The position numbers were made by a program, and so were the translations under genes. This document shows, in pieces, positions 29,285 through 39,374 of a DNA stretch of 64,000 nt; position 1 is the stretch's first letter, and the number at the start of each line of letters is the position of its first letter. The DNA is from an uncultured virus (IMG/VR IMGVR_UViG_3300037044_000254) (taxonomy: Duplodnaviria > Heunggongvirae > Uroviricota > Caudoviricetes): IMG/VR virus record IMGVR_UViG_3300037044_000254, one strand, 5' to 3'. The notes under the pieces are model-generated. The model was not told the DNA's origin. It saw only the letters and a list, made by a program, of their open reading frames with translations, and did no database searches.

Positions 29285-31536
29285 GCGAAACCGTCTTTAC
29301 AAAAGTGGATTACGACCTGGGATTGCTGGTTAAGTATATTGCCATGGGCGAGATCGGCTTACCGGATATCCAACGTCCCTTCGTTTGGAAGAACGCCAAG
29401 GTGCGCGATCTGTTCGACTCCATGTACAAGGGCTATCCGGTGGGCTACTTGCTCTTCTGGCAGAACGGCCTGGCGGCCGGAGAGCGCGCCATCGGCACGG
29501 ACCACAAGCAGAAGCCCCCGCGGCTCGTTATCGTCGACGGTCAACAGCGGCTGACGTCCCTGTACGCAGTAGTGAAAGGCGTTTCCGTGGTGCGCGAGAA
29601 CTTTGAAAGTGAACAAATTTATATCGCCTTCAATCCCCTGGAAGAAAGGTTCGAGGTGGCCGACGCAGCGATTCGACGAGACACAGCCTATATTCCGGAT
29701 ATCTCCCGGCTTTGGAGCACTGAGACCAATTTGATGAAATTTGCTAGAGATTATCTTTCCGGATTGAAGGCATCCCGTGAGGTTTCCAATGAAGACGAGG
29801 AGAAGATAGAGGACTCGATCACGAAACTAAATGGGCTCTTAACTTTTCCGTTCACCGCACTTGAACTTTCGGCTGATATCTCGGAGGAGAATGTTTCGGA
29901 TGTTTTCGTCCGCATCAACAGCAAGGGAACACCACTCAACCAGGCGGATTTTATCTTAACGCTGATGTCGGTCTTCTGGGATGAGGGGCGCAAGGAATTA
30001 GAGCAATTCTGCCGCGCCTCCAGGAAGCCTTCGAAAGCCGGACAGCCTTCACCGTTCAACTACTTTATCGAGCCGGACCCTGACCAGCTTCTGCGCGTCA
30101 GTGTCGGGGTGGCATTCAAACGGGCGCGGCTACAATATGTTTATTCCATCTTGCGCGGGAAGGACCTGGAGACCGAGAAGTTCAGCGATGAGCGGCGGGT
30201 TGAGCAGTTTGAAGTTTTGAAGAAGGCCCAGGCACGGGTGTTGAACCCGCAGTACTGGCTGGATTTTATGAATTGTATTCGGCAAGCCGGTTTTAAAAGT
30301 GGGAAGATGATTAGTTCCCAGAACAACTTGTTATTCTCCTACATGCTGTATTTGATCGGGCGGACAGAATACAAAATTGGTGAATTTGATCTGCGCCGGG
30401 TCATCGCGCGCTGGTTTTTCATGGCGAGCGTGACCGGCCGATTTACCGGATCGCCTGAATCCGCCATGGAGTTTGATCTGGCGCGCTTTCGCGATATTAA
30501 AGACGGGGGTCAATTCCTCGGCATTCTGGAGCAGGTCTGCAATATCACTCTGACCAACGATTTCTGGAGTGTCTCGTTGCCCAACGATTTGGCGACATCT
30601 TCGCCACGGAGTCCCTCGCTCTTTGCTTACTATGCCGCACTGGTTTTGCTGGACGCCCGGGCGCTTTTCTCCAAAGTGCGCGTGGCGGAACTGCTGGACC
30701 CGGCCCTGAACGCGCCTCGCTCGGCCGTGGAGCGTCACCACCTGTTTCCCAAGGGGTACCTCAAGACAATGGGATTAACCAGCACGCGGGACACCAACCA
30801 GATTGCCAACTACGCGCTGGTGGAATGGGGGGACAATACACATATTGCAGATCAACCGCCGGCGGCGTACCTCCCTGAACTAAAATCGCGTTTTGGAGCA
30901 GATGAATTGTCTCGGATGTATTACTGGCATGCGTTGCCGGAGAACTGGGAGCACTTAGATTACCGCGACTTCCTCGAAAAGAGACGAGAGCTAATGGCGC
31001 AGGTCATCGCCGCGGGCTATCGGACCCTGACTGCTGAGCCGGTACAGGAGGCGGGGCCTGTGGAGTTGGACCTGAGCCGGGTTATTGTGAACGGCGAATC
31101 GGCGGGCGTGGAATTCAAATCCGCGCTGCGGACTAACCTGCATACGGGCAATAAAGATCCACGCATTGAGCTATCCGTGCTGAAAACGCTGGCCGGTTTT
31201 CTGAATACCAACGGTGGGACTCTGATTATCGGCGTATCCGATGATGGCACTCCTCTGGGGATCGGAGTCGACGGTTTCGCGAACGAAGACAAGATGAGTC
31301 TGCACCTGGTAAATTTGGTCAACAGCAGGATGGGACCACAGGCCATGACCAGCATGCACGCTCATTTCGAGGATTATGAGGATAACCGTGTAATGGTCGT
31401 GAAGTGTGGCAAGGCGCCTAAACCGGCGTTTGTGAAAGACGGAGACATTGAGCGGTTTTATATTCGCACAGGCCCGTCTACGACCGAGCTCAGTGCGAGT
31501 CAGACCCAGGATTATATTAAGCAGAGATTTCCATAA
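29281..31536 (+). CDS. DUF262 (GmrSD-like) + HNH-like + C-terminal AlbA_2/Schlafen-domain protein
   Basis: QRPFVW, DGQQRLT, FVRINSKG; ERHHLFP...N; VEFKS...AGFLNTNGGTLIIGVSD. Confidence 0.85.
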   Translation: MSETVFTKVDYDLGLLVKYIAMGEIGLPDIQRPFVWKNAKVRDLFDSMYKGYPVGYLLFWQNGLAAGERAIGTDHKQKPPRLVIVDGQQRLTSLYAVVKGVSVVRENFESEQIYIAFNPLEERFEVADAAIRRDTAYIPDISRLWSTETNLMKFARDYLSGLKASREVSNEDEEKIEDSITKLNGLLTFPFTALELSADISEENVSDVFVRINSKGTPLNQADFILTLMSVFWDEGRKELEQFCRASRKPSKAGQPSPFNYFIEPDPDQLLRVSVGVAFKRARLQYVYSILRGKDLETEKFSDERRVEQFEVLKKAQARVLNPQYWLDFMNCIRQAGFKSGKMISSQNNLLFSYMLYLIGRTEYKIGEFDLRRVIARWFFMASVTGRFTGSPESAMEFDLARFRDIKDGGQFLGILEQVCNITLTNDFWSVSLPNDLATSSPRSPSLFAYYAALVLLDARALFSKVRVAELLDPALNAPRSAVERHHLFPKGYLKTMGLTSTRDTNQIANYALVEWGDNTHIADQPPAAYLPELKSRFGADELSRMYYWHALPENWEHLDYRDFLEKRRELMAQVIAAGYRTLTAEPVQEAGPVELDLSRVIVNGESAGVEFKSALRTNLHTGNKDPRIELSVLKTLAGFLNTNGGTLIIGVSDDGTPLGIGVDGFANEDKMSLHLVNLVNSRMGPQAMTSMHAHFEDYEDNRVMVVKCGKAPKPAFVKDGDIERFYIRTGPSTTELSASQTQDYIKQRFP

Positions 31537-34500
31537 TGGTGGCTTGGGATTACACCGAAGATACCTTGGTGCAGCAGACCACGGCTGAGTACCTGAAAAG
31601 GCAGCTCGGCTGGGAGTCGGTCTATGCCTACAACACCGAGACCTTCGGTCCTACGGGCACGCTGGGCCGAGCGTCGGACCGGGAAGTGGTGCTCACCCGC
31701 TACCTGCGGAAGAAGCTCGTCCAGCTGAATCCAGAGCTGCCAGAGGACGCCTACGACGATGCGGTGCGGCAGATCGTAACGATCACCGCCACGCAGACAC
31801 CCTTCGCCACGAACCGTGAGAAGTACGCCATGGTCAAGGACGGCGTGCAGGTGACTTTCCGCAACGCGAAAGGGGAACGGGTCAAACAGCGACTGCGAGT
31901 GTTCGATTTCGAGACGCCGGAGAATAACCACTTCCTTTGTGTGCGCGAGCTGTGGGTGCGCGGGGAGCTCTACCGCCGCCGGGTGGACATCGTCGGGTTC
32001 GTCAACGGTTTGCCGCTGTTGTTCATGGAACTGAAGAACGTCAGCAAGGACATTCGCGCCGCTTACGAGAAAAACCTGGCCGACTACAAGGACACCGTCC
32101 CGCACCTATTCCACCACAACGCCTTTGTTGTATTGGCCAATGGCGTGGACGCCAAGTTGGGTTCTGTGTCCAGCCGGTTCGAGCACATCCACGAGTGGAA
32201 ACGCCTGGAGGAAGATGAACCGGGAGCGGTGGACATGGAAACACTGCTCAAGGGAGTCTGTGGGAAGCGCAACTTCTTAGATTTGCTGGAGAACTTCATT
32301 GTCTTCGACGATTCCTCCGGCGAATCTCGCAAAATCCTCGCCCGCAACCACCAATTCCTTGGCGTTAACCGCGCCATCGAGGCCTTGAAAGACCGGAGGA
32401 ACCGCCAGGGCAAGCTGGGCGTGTTTTGGCATACCCAGGGGGCGGGCAAGAGCTACTCGATGGTCATGTTCACCCGCAAGGTTCATCGCAAGCTTGGCGG
32501 TAACTTCACCTTTGTGATCCTCACTGATCGCAACGACCTGGACACCCAAATCTACAAAACCTACGCCGGCTGCGGCCTCGTGGACCACGACCGGGACCCG
32601 TGCCGGGCCGCCGACGGTGAGCACGTGGGTCAGCTTCTGGCGCAACACAAGTCCTACGTCTTCTCGCTGATCCAGAAGTTCAACCGGGACGTGAACCCGG
32701 ACGAGGGTTATACGCAGCGCGACGACATCATCGTCATTACTGACGAAGCGCATCGAACGCAGTACGGCACGTTGGCCCTGAACTTGCGCAACGCCCTGCC
32801 CAACGCCAGCTACATCGGCTTTACCGGTACGCCGTTGTTCACAGACGACGAGATCACCCGGCGGGTATTTGGGGATTACGTCTCCACCTATGACTTTCAG
32901 CGCGCCGTTGAAGACAAGGCCACCGTACCCTTATATTACGATGCCCGGGGCGACAAGCTCGGCGTGGCCGTGGTCGACCTGAACGAACGGATCGCTGCCA
33001 AGCTGGAGGAGTTGGAGACCCAGAACGTTGATGTCGAGCAACGTCTGGAGAAGGAACTCAAGCGCGACTATCACATCATCACTGCGGACAAGCGCCTGAA
33101 TCAGGTTGCTCGGGACTTTGTCAGGCATTATTCGACGGCCTGGGAGAGCGGCAAGGCCATGATAGTCTGCATCGACAAGATCACCTGCGTGCGGATGTAC
33201 CACCTGATCGCTAAGTACTGGGACAAACGCATCCGGGAATTAGAGGGGGAACTGGGCACGGCCGCTGATGAGCAGGAGGAGGTTTATCGCCGCCGGCAGA
33301 TCGACTGGATGCGTGAGACACGCACGGCGGTCGTGGTCAGCGAAGAGCAAGGCGAAGTCGAGAAGTTCCGCAAGTGGAATCTTGACATTACCCCGCACCG
33401 CAAGCTGATCAAGGAGGGAATGGATCTGCCGGAATCCATGCGTGTTAGGCCGCAATTCCGGAATATGCAACGCATGGACCTGGATGAGGCGTTCAAGGAG
33501 GAAGAGCACCCATTCCGGATCGCCATCGTCTGCGCCATGTGGCTTACCGGTTTCGACGTGCCCAGCCTATCCACGCTTTATTTGGACAAGCCGTTGAAGG
33601 CCCATACGCTCATGCAGGCAATCGCCCGGGCCAACCGGGTGAACGAGGGCAAGAATAACGGCCTCGTAGTCGACTATTGCGGCATTCTCAAAAATTTGCG
33701 AAGGGCCTTGGCCACGTTCGCGGGTCAGGCGGACGGCGGCCATGGCGGCGAGGGCAGCGAACAAGACCCGACAAAGCCCGAGGAAGAGCTGTTGGCCGAC
33801 ATGGAAGAGGCCATTGCCTTGGTCCGGGCATTCCTGACCGAGCGCGGAGCGTCACTTCAAGACATCATCAAGAAAACCGGATTCGAGCGCAATGCTGCCA
33901 TCTTGGTGGCTAAGGAAGCAGCCAACGAAAATGACGAGACGCGGAAGCGATTCGAGGTTATGTGCCGGGAGGTCTTCAAGAAGTTTAAGGCCTGCCTAAA
34001 CATCAAGGGAATCAACGAGCACCGAAAGGAATACGACGCGATAAACATAGTCTATAGGAGCCTTCAGCAGGACCGGGAGCAGGCTGACATCACCGACATT
34101 ATTCGCGGGCTTCACCAGGTGGTCGACGAAGCCATCGAGACGAAAACTATCGGCGAGTTGGAGGACAGGCCGCCCTTCGACATCAGCAAGATAGACTTCG
34201 AGCGGCTGAGGAAGGAATTCGAACGGAGCCCAGTCAAACGCAGCACAGCCCAGAATTTGAAACAGGCCATCGAACGGAGGCTCCAGCGACTCTTAGCCCA
34301 GAACCCCCTGCGCACGGACTTCCAGCGCCATTACGAGGAGATCGTATCCGACTACAACCGGGAGAAGGACCGTGTGACCATCGAACAGACCTTCGAGGCC
34401 TTACTCAAACTGGTGCAGGAATTAGACGAGGAAGAGAGCCGAGCAATGCGGGAAGGCCTGGATGAGGAGTCACTATCCTTATTCGACCTTTTGAAAAAGC

Positions 34501-34781
34501 CCGACTTAAGCGCACCAACCATCAAACGGATCAAAATGGTCGCTATTGAACTCCTTGCAACGCTCAAGGCTGAAAAGCTCAAGATCGACCATTGGCGCGA
34601 TAAGGAATCGACGCGCGACGCAGTGCGAATCGCGATTCGTGATTTCTTGTGGAACGAAGATACAGGGTTACCGGTAGATTCCTACACCGAGGACGAAGTG
34701 AGCGTCAAGTCGGAAGATGTTTTTAGGCATGTGTACCGGGCGTATCCGACCGTACAATCACCATATTATGCAGCTGCTTGA
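31536..34781 (+). CDS. hsdR: Type I R-M restriction subunit R
   Basis: DIVGFVNGLPLLFMELK, WHTQGAGKS, DEAHR, GFTGTP, MWLTGFD, QAIARANR. Confidence 0.95.
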   Translation: MVAWDYTEDTLVQQTTAEYLKRQLGWESVYAYNTETFGPTGTLGRASDREVVLTRYLRKKLVQLNPELPEDAYDDAVRQIVTITATQTPFATNREKYAMVKDGVQVTFRNAKGERVKQRLRVFDFETPENNHFLCVRELWVRGELYRRRVDIVGFVNGLPLLFMELKNVSKDIRAAYEKNLADYKDTVPHLFHHNAFVVLANGVDAKLGSVSSRFEHIHEWKRLEEDEPGAVDMETLLKGVCGKRNFLDLLENFIVFDDSSGESRKILARNHQFLGVNRAIEALKDRRNRQGKLGVFWHTQGAGKSYSMVMFTRKVHRKLGGNFTFVILTDRNDLDTQIYKTYAGCGLVDHDRDPCRAADGEHVGQLLAQHKSYVFSLIQKFNRDVNPDEGYTQRDDIIVITDEAHRTQYGTLALNLRNALPNASYIGFTGTPLFTDDEITRRVFGDYVSTYDFQRAVEDKATVPLYYDARGDKLGVAVVDLNERIAAKLEELETQNVDVEQRLEKELKRDYHIITADKRLNQVARDFVRHYSTAWESGKAMIVCIDKITCVRMYHLIAKYWDKRIRELEGELGTAADEQEEVYRRRQIDWMRETRTAVVVSEEQGEVEKFRKWNLDITPHRKLIKEGMDLPESMRVRPQFRNMQRMDLDEAFKEEEHPFRIAIVCAMWLTGFDVPSLSTLYLDKPLKAHTLMQAIARANRVNEGKNNGLVVDYCGILKNLRRALATFAGQADGGHGGEGSEQDPTKPEEELLADMEEAIALVRAFLTERGASLQDIIKKTGFERNAAILVAKEAANENDETRKRFEVMCREVFKKFKACLNIKGINEHRKEYDAINIVYRSLQQDREQADITDIIRGLHQVVDEAIETKTIGELEDRPPFDISKIDFERLRKEFERSPVKRSTAQNLKQAIERRLQRLLAQNPLRTDFQRHYEEIVSDYNREKDRVTIEQTFEALLKLVQELDEEESRAMREGLDEESLSLFDLLKKPDLSAPTIKRIKMVAIELLATLKAEKLKIDHWRDKESTRDAVRIAIRDFLWNEDTGLPVDSYTEDEVSVKSEDVFRHVYRAYPTVQSPYYAAA

Positions 34782-34946
34782 TAAATGCTGTTAGAGCAGT
34801 CATTCATGGGCCTTCGACCTACCCGTAAATTATGAAAAGATATTATGTCAAATTAAGGCTAAGGAATATTTATAGTAATATTCTGTTATTATTTATAATT
34901 TTATGACCAGCAAAAACTTTTCTAAGCAGATCGCTGGGGGTGTTCT

Positions 34947-37925
34947 TTGGCGGTTCTAAGAAGAAAAGTAAATGGGAATTATATCATTCTGGGGCCAGAT
35001 TTCCCTGGCATGCCCTGTATCACAAGGCAGATCCAGCCAGAAGGCGTTGAATGGTTGAGACAAAAGGGAATCATACTGGGCAACCAAGTCCCCCGCGATC
35101 TTATACAGTTATTAGAAGATAATGGTTGGGTCTGGACATATGGCGAACCTTCGACTCTTTCATCTCCACCGGGTCCGGACGAACCAACTGATGATGAAAG
35201 AGAATTACTTTCATTCTTGGAACAATGGAGCCGGGATGGTGATCCAAGAGTGTTTGAACGTGAGCTTGGTAATCGAAGGAAAGTGGTATCTCTCCATAAA
35301 TGCTTTGACAAGGCCTTTCTAAGCTGGGTTGTGGCCATACAGGAGGCTATAACTCCGCTACAACTTTGCGATCTCACCCTTTATGAAATTCAGGAAAATT
35401 TTTTTAGAAGTAAAGTTGCACAATTTTCTAGATTACACCGGCAGCTTTGGGATAGGGAAAGGGGCAAATGGGTTATCTGTCATTGGTTGATCTGGATATC
35501 GGAAGTTTACCTATTGAGTAAGCAGGGTAAGCCTTGCCCGGATTTATGGCAAGGTAGAGTCCACGGAGTTATTTACCGTCTTCTTGCTGACCTCGATGAA
35601 ATCCAGGTTACCCCGCTATCTAATCTTTGGAAAAGGAACAAATCCTTTATTCGCTGGAACTTTAGGGAGGGTATGATTGAACTTGTCTTTCCAGAGCAAA
35701 AAGGTCCCGAAAATTGCAGAATAGAGTTTGATTTGAATGGAATTTTGCAGACCCTGAAGCTGGAAAAAGTTAAGGGGGCTTGTCGCTGGAAAGAAGAAGT
35801 CTTTCGGATTGATGAGCCTGAACCCCCCATATTCTGGGAATTTAGTTATTACCGTAATGAAGAACTATATGGGAAAATATTTTCCCGTTTTCCAGGATCG
35901 GGAATTTTGCTCTGGGATGAAACAGGCATATACCTGGAGCCAGAAACACAATCAGGAAAGCTGCTCAGCGAGAAGCATTATTACCTTCTTGCCCATAATG
36001 ATAGAAAAACAGAGATTGCCTCTCTGGGAATCATCTTAACCTCTGACAATGAGCTGCTCGAGCCGGTGGGATGGTGGGATTGGGTTGCCTTTCACATTTT
36101 TATCCCTGGAAGTGTTGAAAAACTCGGGCCATATCCTTTCCAACGGCCCGAGCTTCCCTTGTCTATTGAACTATCAACTCCGCCTCAACTCCCGGTGGAA
36201 TTCGCCCATCAGGTCCCGGTTTACTTGGGAGACTGGCCTCTTTGCAGATTTGACGATATGGTTGGAGCACTCTCAGCAAAATTGGTTATTGTTGGCGATG
36301 CCTGTATCCATACTCATCAGTTTCCGAGCCAAGAAGGTAGGTCTCTCAACCTCAATGCAATCGATGCGCTGAAGCACCATTTTGGGCTGGCTACCCTGGA
36401 ATTTTCGGCCCTTTCCCCCAAAGGCCGGGACCGACAGGAGATGCAGTTTATGCGACTCCCCGCCTGGGCCTTTAACATCATTGATGACCCAGGAGGCCGC
36501 AGCGTCAAGGCTCTATCAGTATCTGGAGTATTTGAGGGGAGCATGGCCTCTGGGGCTAACTGTGAAGTAATCCCTGGGGAACAGGGACACTTTGTAATCA
36601 CCGCACAGGACCCATGCCGAAACCCGGTAGTCACAGTGTCATGGCAGAACCGTCATGACCAAGGGAAAATTTCCTTTAGTGTTCGACTTCCGGTAAATCG
36701 AGGGACGATATTGCGTTATGGAGCTGAATTCCCCTCTTGGCAAGGCCTACCCTTAACCGCACCGTCTGATTTCCTTGCCTCCACCAGAGAAGGGGAGATC
36801 AGACTTGAACTGCTGCATCCCCATCCTCACCGTGAAGTTTGGGTAAAAGCTAGTGGGGAGGGGGCGGTTCAGTGTGGTCAGCTCTTGGGGCGAGTAGTGC
36901 GTCTTCCTTGCCATCGCATACGGGACTACTTAGGAACCAGATTTGCCACCCTGTTTGTTGAAACTGCAGGGGGGTGGGAACCTTTCTTGAACCAGGCCGA
37001 ACGGCCAGAACTACCGCCATCCCAGTCGTTTCCACCAGAAATAGATAAGTTTACAAAGGAATTATGGTGGGCGGATAGAGGAACCCTGCAAAACTATTGG
37101 GACGAGGCCCAGGTTAATTTCATAGAAAAGGCAGAGACCCATCCCATCCAAGACAGCCTCCTGGTCAAGACGATTTTTCTTGCGGCGCACCTGGGAGACT
37201 GGTTTGGGATAAAAGAATTCTTCGATGCAGTCCAGATCCCGGAAGCTGAAATCATTAAAATTCGACGCCACTTGCGAATAGATTTAAAGAAAGAGCAAGA
37301 TTTAAAAGAATCCAGACGATGGGTTGAGGCCTTGCCCCCTGACAGTTATAAAACTCATGCAGAAGGAGAGTGGTGGTATCGGTTTGCTCGTCAACGAAAT
37401 ACGATGGCGCCGGGGGCTCTCGCAACAAGTTACCATCGTTTAAGTGACAATATTTGGGGAGATCCGGTGAGCGCCGTGGAAGCCTTTTCCCTATCTTCCA
37501 TGTCTGCCTTGCTGGGAAGTGGAGAAATTCCATCGGCTTACCCTAACCTGCAAAGCCCCTATTATCAACTTTTTAGCAATATTTATAACTGGTTATCAAC
37601 GGAATTAAAAAAAATTGACCAACTTCTTCTCCCCCCTGAGATACCGTATCCCCTTGAGTACATCCTGGTACCGCAAGATATTCTGTTTTTGAGTACTTGT
37701 ATCGCTCAGATGCGTCGGGAAGTAGGACTGGCCGGGCAGTTGCTATCTCAGCTTGAGCATTTTTCTCAGCAGTTCCCGATATCCTTTCTATTGCTGAAGG
37801 CACGTCAATACCGTTTTTCTGGCTTTCGTGAACAAGCTGTCTCGGTTTATCGGGAATTGATGAATTTATCGGATATTCCTGATAGGATGCTGCAAGTCAT
37901 TCTTAATGAGACAAATTCCTGGTGA
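34947..37925 (+). CDS. Large hypothetical protein, first gene of helicase operon (possibly DruH/DruF-like accessory)
   Basis: 992 aa, TTG start; beta-rich middle and helical TPR-like C-terminus; no catalytic motif recognised. Confidence 0.6.
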   Translation: MAVLRRKVNGNYIILGPDFPGMPCITRQIQPEGVEWLRQKGIILGNQVPRDLIQLLEDNGWVWTYGEPSTLSSPPGPDEPTDDERELLSFLEQWSRDGDPRVFERELGNRRKVVSLHKCFDKAFLSWVVAIQEAITPLQLCDLTLYEIQENFFRSKVAQFSRLHRQLWDRERGKWVICHWLIWISEVYLLSKQGKPCPDLWQGRVHGVIYRLLADLDEIQVTPLSNLWKRNKSFIRWNFREGMIELVFPEQKGPENCRIEFDLNGILQTLKLEKVKGACRWKEEVFRIDEPEPPIFWEFSYYRNEELYGKIFSRFPGSGILLWDETGIYLEPETQSGKLLSEKHYYLLAHNDRKTEIASLGIILTSDNELLEPVGWWDWVAFHIFIPGSVEKLGPYPFQRPELPLSIELSTPPQLPVEFAHQVPVYLGDWPLCRFDDMVGALSAKLVIVGDACIHTHQFPSQEGRSLNLNAIDALKHHFGLATLEFSALSPKGRDRQEMQFMRLPAWAFNIIDDPGGRSVKALSVSGVFEGSMASGANCEVIPGEQGHFVITAQDPCRNPVVTVSWQNRHDQGKISFSVRLPVNRGTILRYGAEFPSWQGLPLTAPSDFLASTREGEIRLELLHPHPHREVWVKASGEGAVQCGQLLGRVVRLPCHRIRDYLGTRFATLFVETAGGWEPFLNQAERPELPPSQSFPPEIDKFTKELWWADRGTLQNYWDEAQVNFIEKAETHPIQDSLLVKTIFLAAHLGDWFGIKEFFDAVQIPEAEIIKIRRHLRIDLKKEQDLKESRRWVEALPPDSYKTHAEGEWWYRFARQRNTMAPGALATSYHRLSDNIWGDPVSAVEAFSLSSMSALLGSGEIPSAYPNLQSPYYQLFSNIYNWLSTELKKIDQLLLPPEIPYPLEYILVPQDILFLSTCIAQMRREVGLAGQLLSQLEHFSQQFPISFLLLKARQYRFSGFREQAVSVYRELMNLSDIPDRMLQVILNETNSW

Positions 37926-37958
37926 ACCAACCACAATGTTAAAAATAAGAAGGAATAG

Positions 37959-39374
37959 GTGATGATGTTCAAGAAAACCGATTTATTGGAGAGGCTCTCG
38001 GCCCTTGACAAGGATTCAAAGAAAAAAACTGTGCCTGAACTTGAGGAATTAAAAGAGACGATAACAGAAGTTGTAGAAAATGCGGCGAATTTTTCTAAAT
38101 TTCTTCAGTCATTGAGCAAAGAAAAATGGAATCCCAAGACCCTAGAAATTTTTTCTGAATGCATGGGCAGGCGCCTCTCCGAGGAAGGTGGCCAGGAAGG
38201 GAATGAAGAAACCCTTCTGGCCATTTTGCGGGCGAATTATCGAGGAGTGTGGCTCCCTGGGCTGGTAAAAAGCTTACTACGTTTGTTGCAAAGGGGGAAT
38301 GCTTACGCCTTGGATCTTTTGAAGGATATTTTGACCAAACCCCGCAAATCCAAGGAAAGCGACGCCTGGAGCTTCTACGAAAAGAACTTTGCCTCGATTC
38401 TCCAGCCCAATAACGGCCTTCCCTATCTCATGAGCCTTTCTCTAGAGTCATGGCCAGAAGAACCTTCAAAACAGATAAGATTAATTCTGAAGAAACTCAT
38501 GGAGAGATATGCCAATGAAAGATCACCGCTGTCCAATAAAGAATCCTTGGCAGCATTAGAGGCTTACTTAATACAACGTTGTGCCGATATGTCCCGACCT
38601 TGGAAGGAAATGGAATTTTCCATTCTAAAACTTGTGGCGAACCAAAACATTCCGGAATGGACAGAATACATCGCAAAGATTGTCGCGAAGCTGAAAGAAG
38701 CCCAAGAATCCAGAGCGATTAATTGGGCGGAGTTCATTATTAAGCAATTGGATAAGACTAAGACATGGAAGGATGAGCCAATAAAAGAGACCTCGAAATC
38801 CCCACAACCTGGAATGCCAGATGGTATAGCCTCGCTGGAAGATTTTGAGGAAAGGACCGTACATTTTTTTTCTGCGTTAGAAACAATTGTTCGCGAATAC
38901 AAAAATATGAAATTAAAATATCAGCAAAATCTTCAAGACATTGCCGATTTGCGAAAGCAAGCCGAAAATTTAGAAGATGATATCAAAAAGAAAAACCATA
39001 TAATTACAGAAAAGAATGACTTCATTAGAACTCTCCGCATAGAAAAATCACAAATATCTACAGAGATGCTAACTTTGCATAAATCAGTTGTTGAATATCA
39101 AACACAATTACGAGAAGAGATAGAGAGATCAGATGTAAGGATTCATCAGATTCAAATGGAGGCGAAAATGCAGCTTCGCCAGTTCAAGAACATGCTTTGG
39201 CAACGTATTAACCCTGATTTAGATGATCTCATCCATGGAACCTTGCAAGAGGATGATTATGCCTCACCGGAGCGAGGTCGTAGCCTTTATCGCCGTCTGC
39301 AAGACATTATCAGAAAGCTTAGAGATCTTGAGGTAATCCCTGGATCTGACAATTATCGGGGGGGTGAAAATTGA
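37959..39374 (+). CDS. Helical/coiled-coil protein
   Basis: 471 aa with long heptad region near the C-terminus; stop overlaps the Hsp70-like start. Confidence 0.7.
   Translation: MMMFKKTDLLERLSALDKDSKKKTVPELEELKETITEVVENAANFSKFLQSLSKEKWNPKTLEIFSECMGRRLSEEGGQEGNEETLLAILRANYRGVWLPGLVKSLLRLLQRGNAYALDLLKDILTKPRKSKESDAWSFYEKNFASILQPNNGLPYLMSLSLESWPEEPSKQIRLILKKLMERYANERSPLSNKESLAALEAYLIQRCADMSRPWKEMEFSILKLVANQNIPEWTEYIAKIVAKLKEAQESRAINWAEFIIKQLDKTKTWKDEPIKETSKSPQPGMPDGIASLEDFEERTVHFFSALETIVREYKNMKLKYQQNLQDIADLRKQAENLEDDIKKKNHIITEKNDFIRTLRIEKSQISTEMLTLHKSVVEYQTQLREEIERSDVRIHQIQMEAKMQLRQFKNMLWQRINPDLDDLIHGTLQEDDYASPERGRSLYRRLQDIIRKLRDLEVIPGSDNYRGGEN

Noticed and set aside
34803..34838. Imperfect palindrome after hsdR (REP-like)
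   Set aside because: Single degenerate copy in the window; cannot be supported
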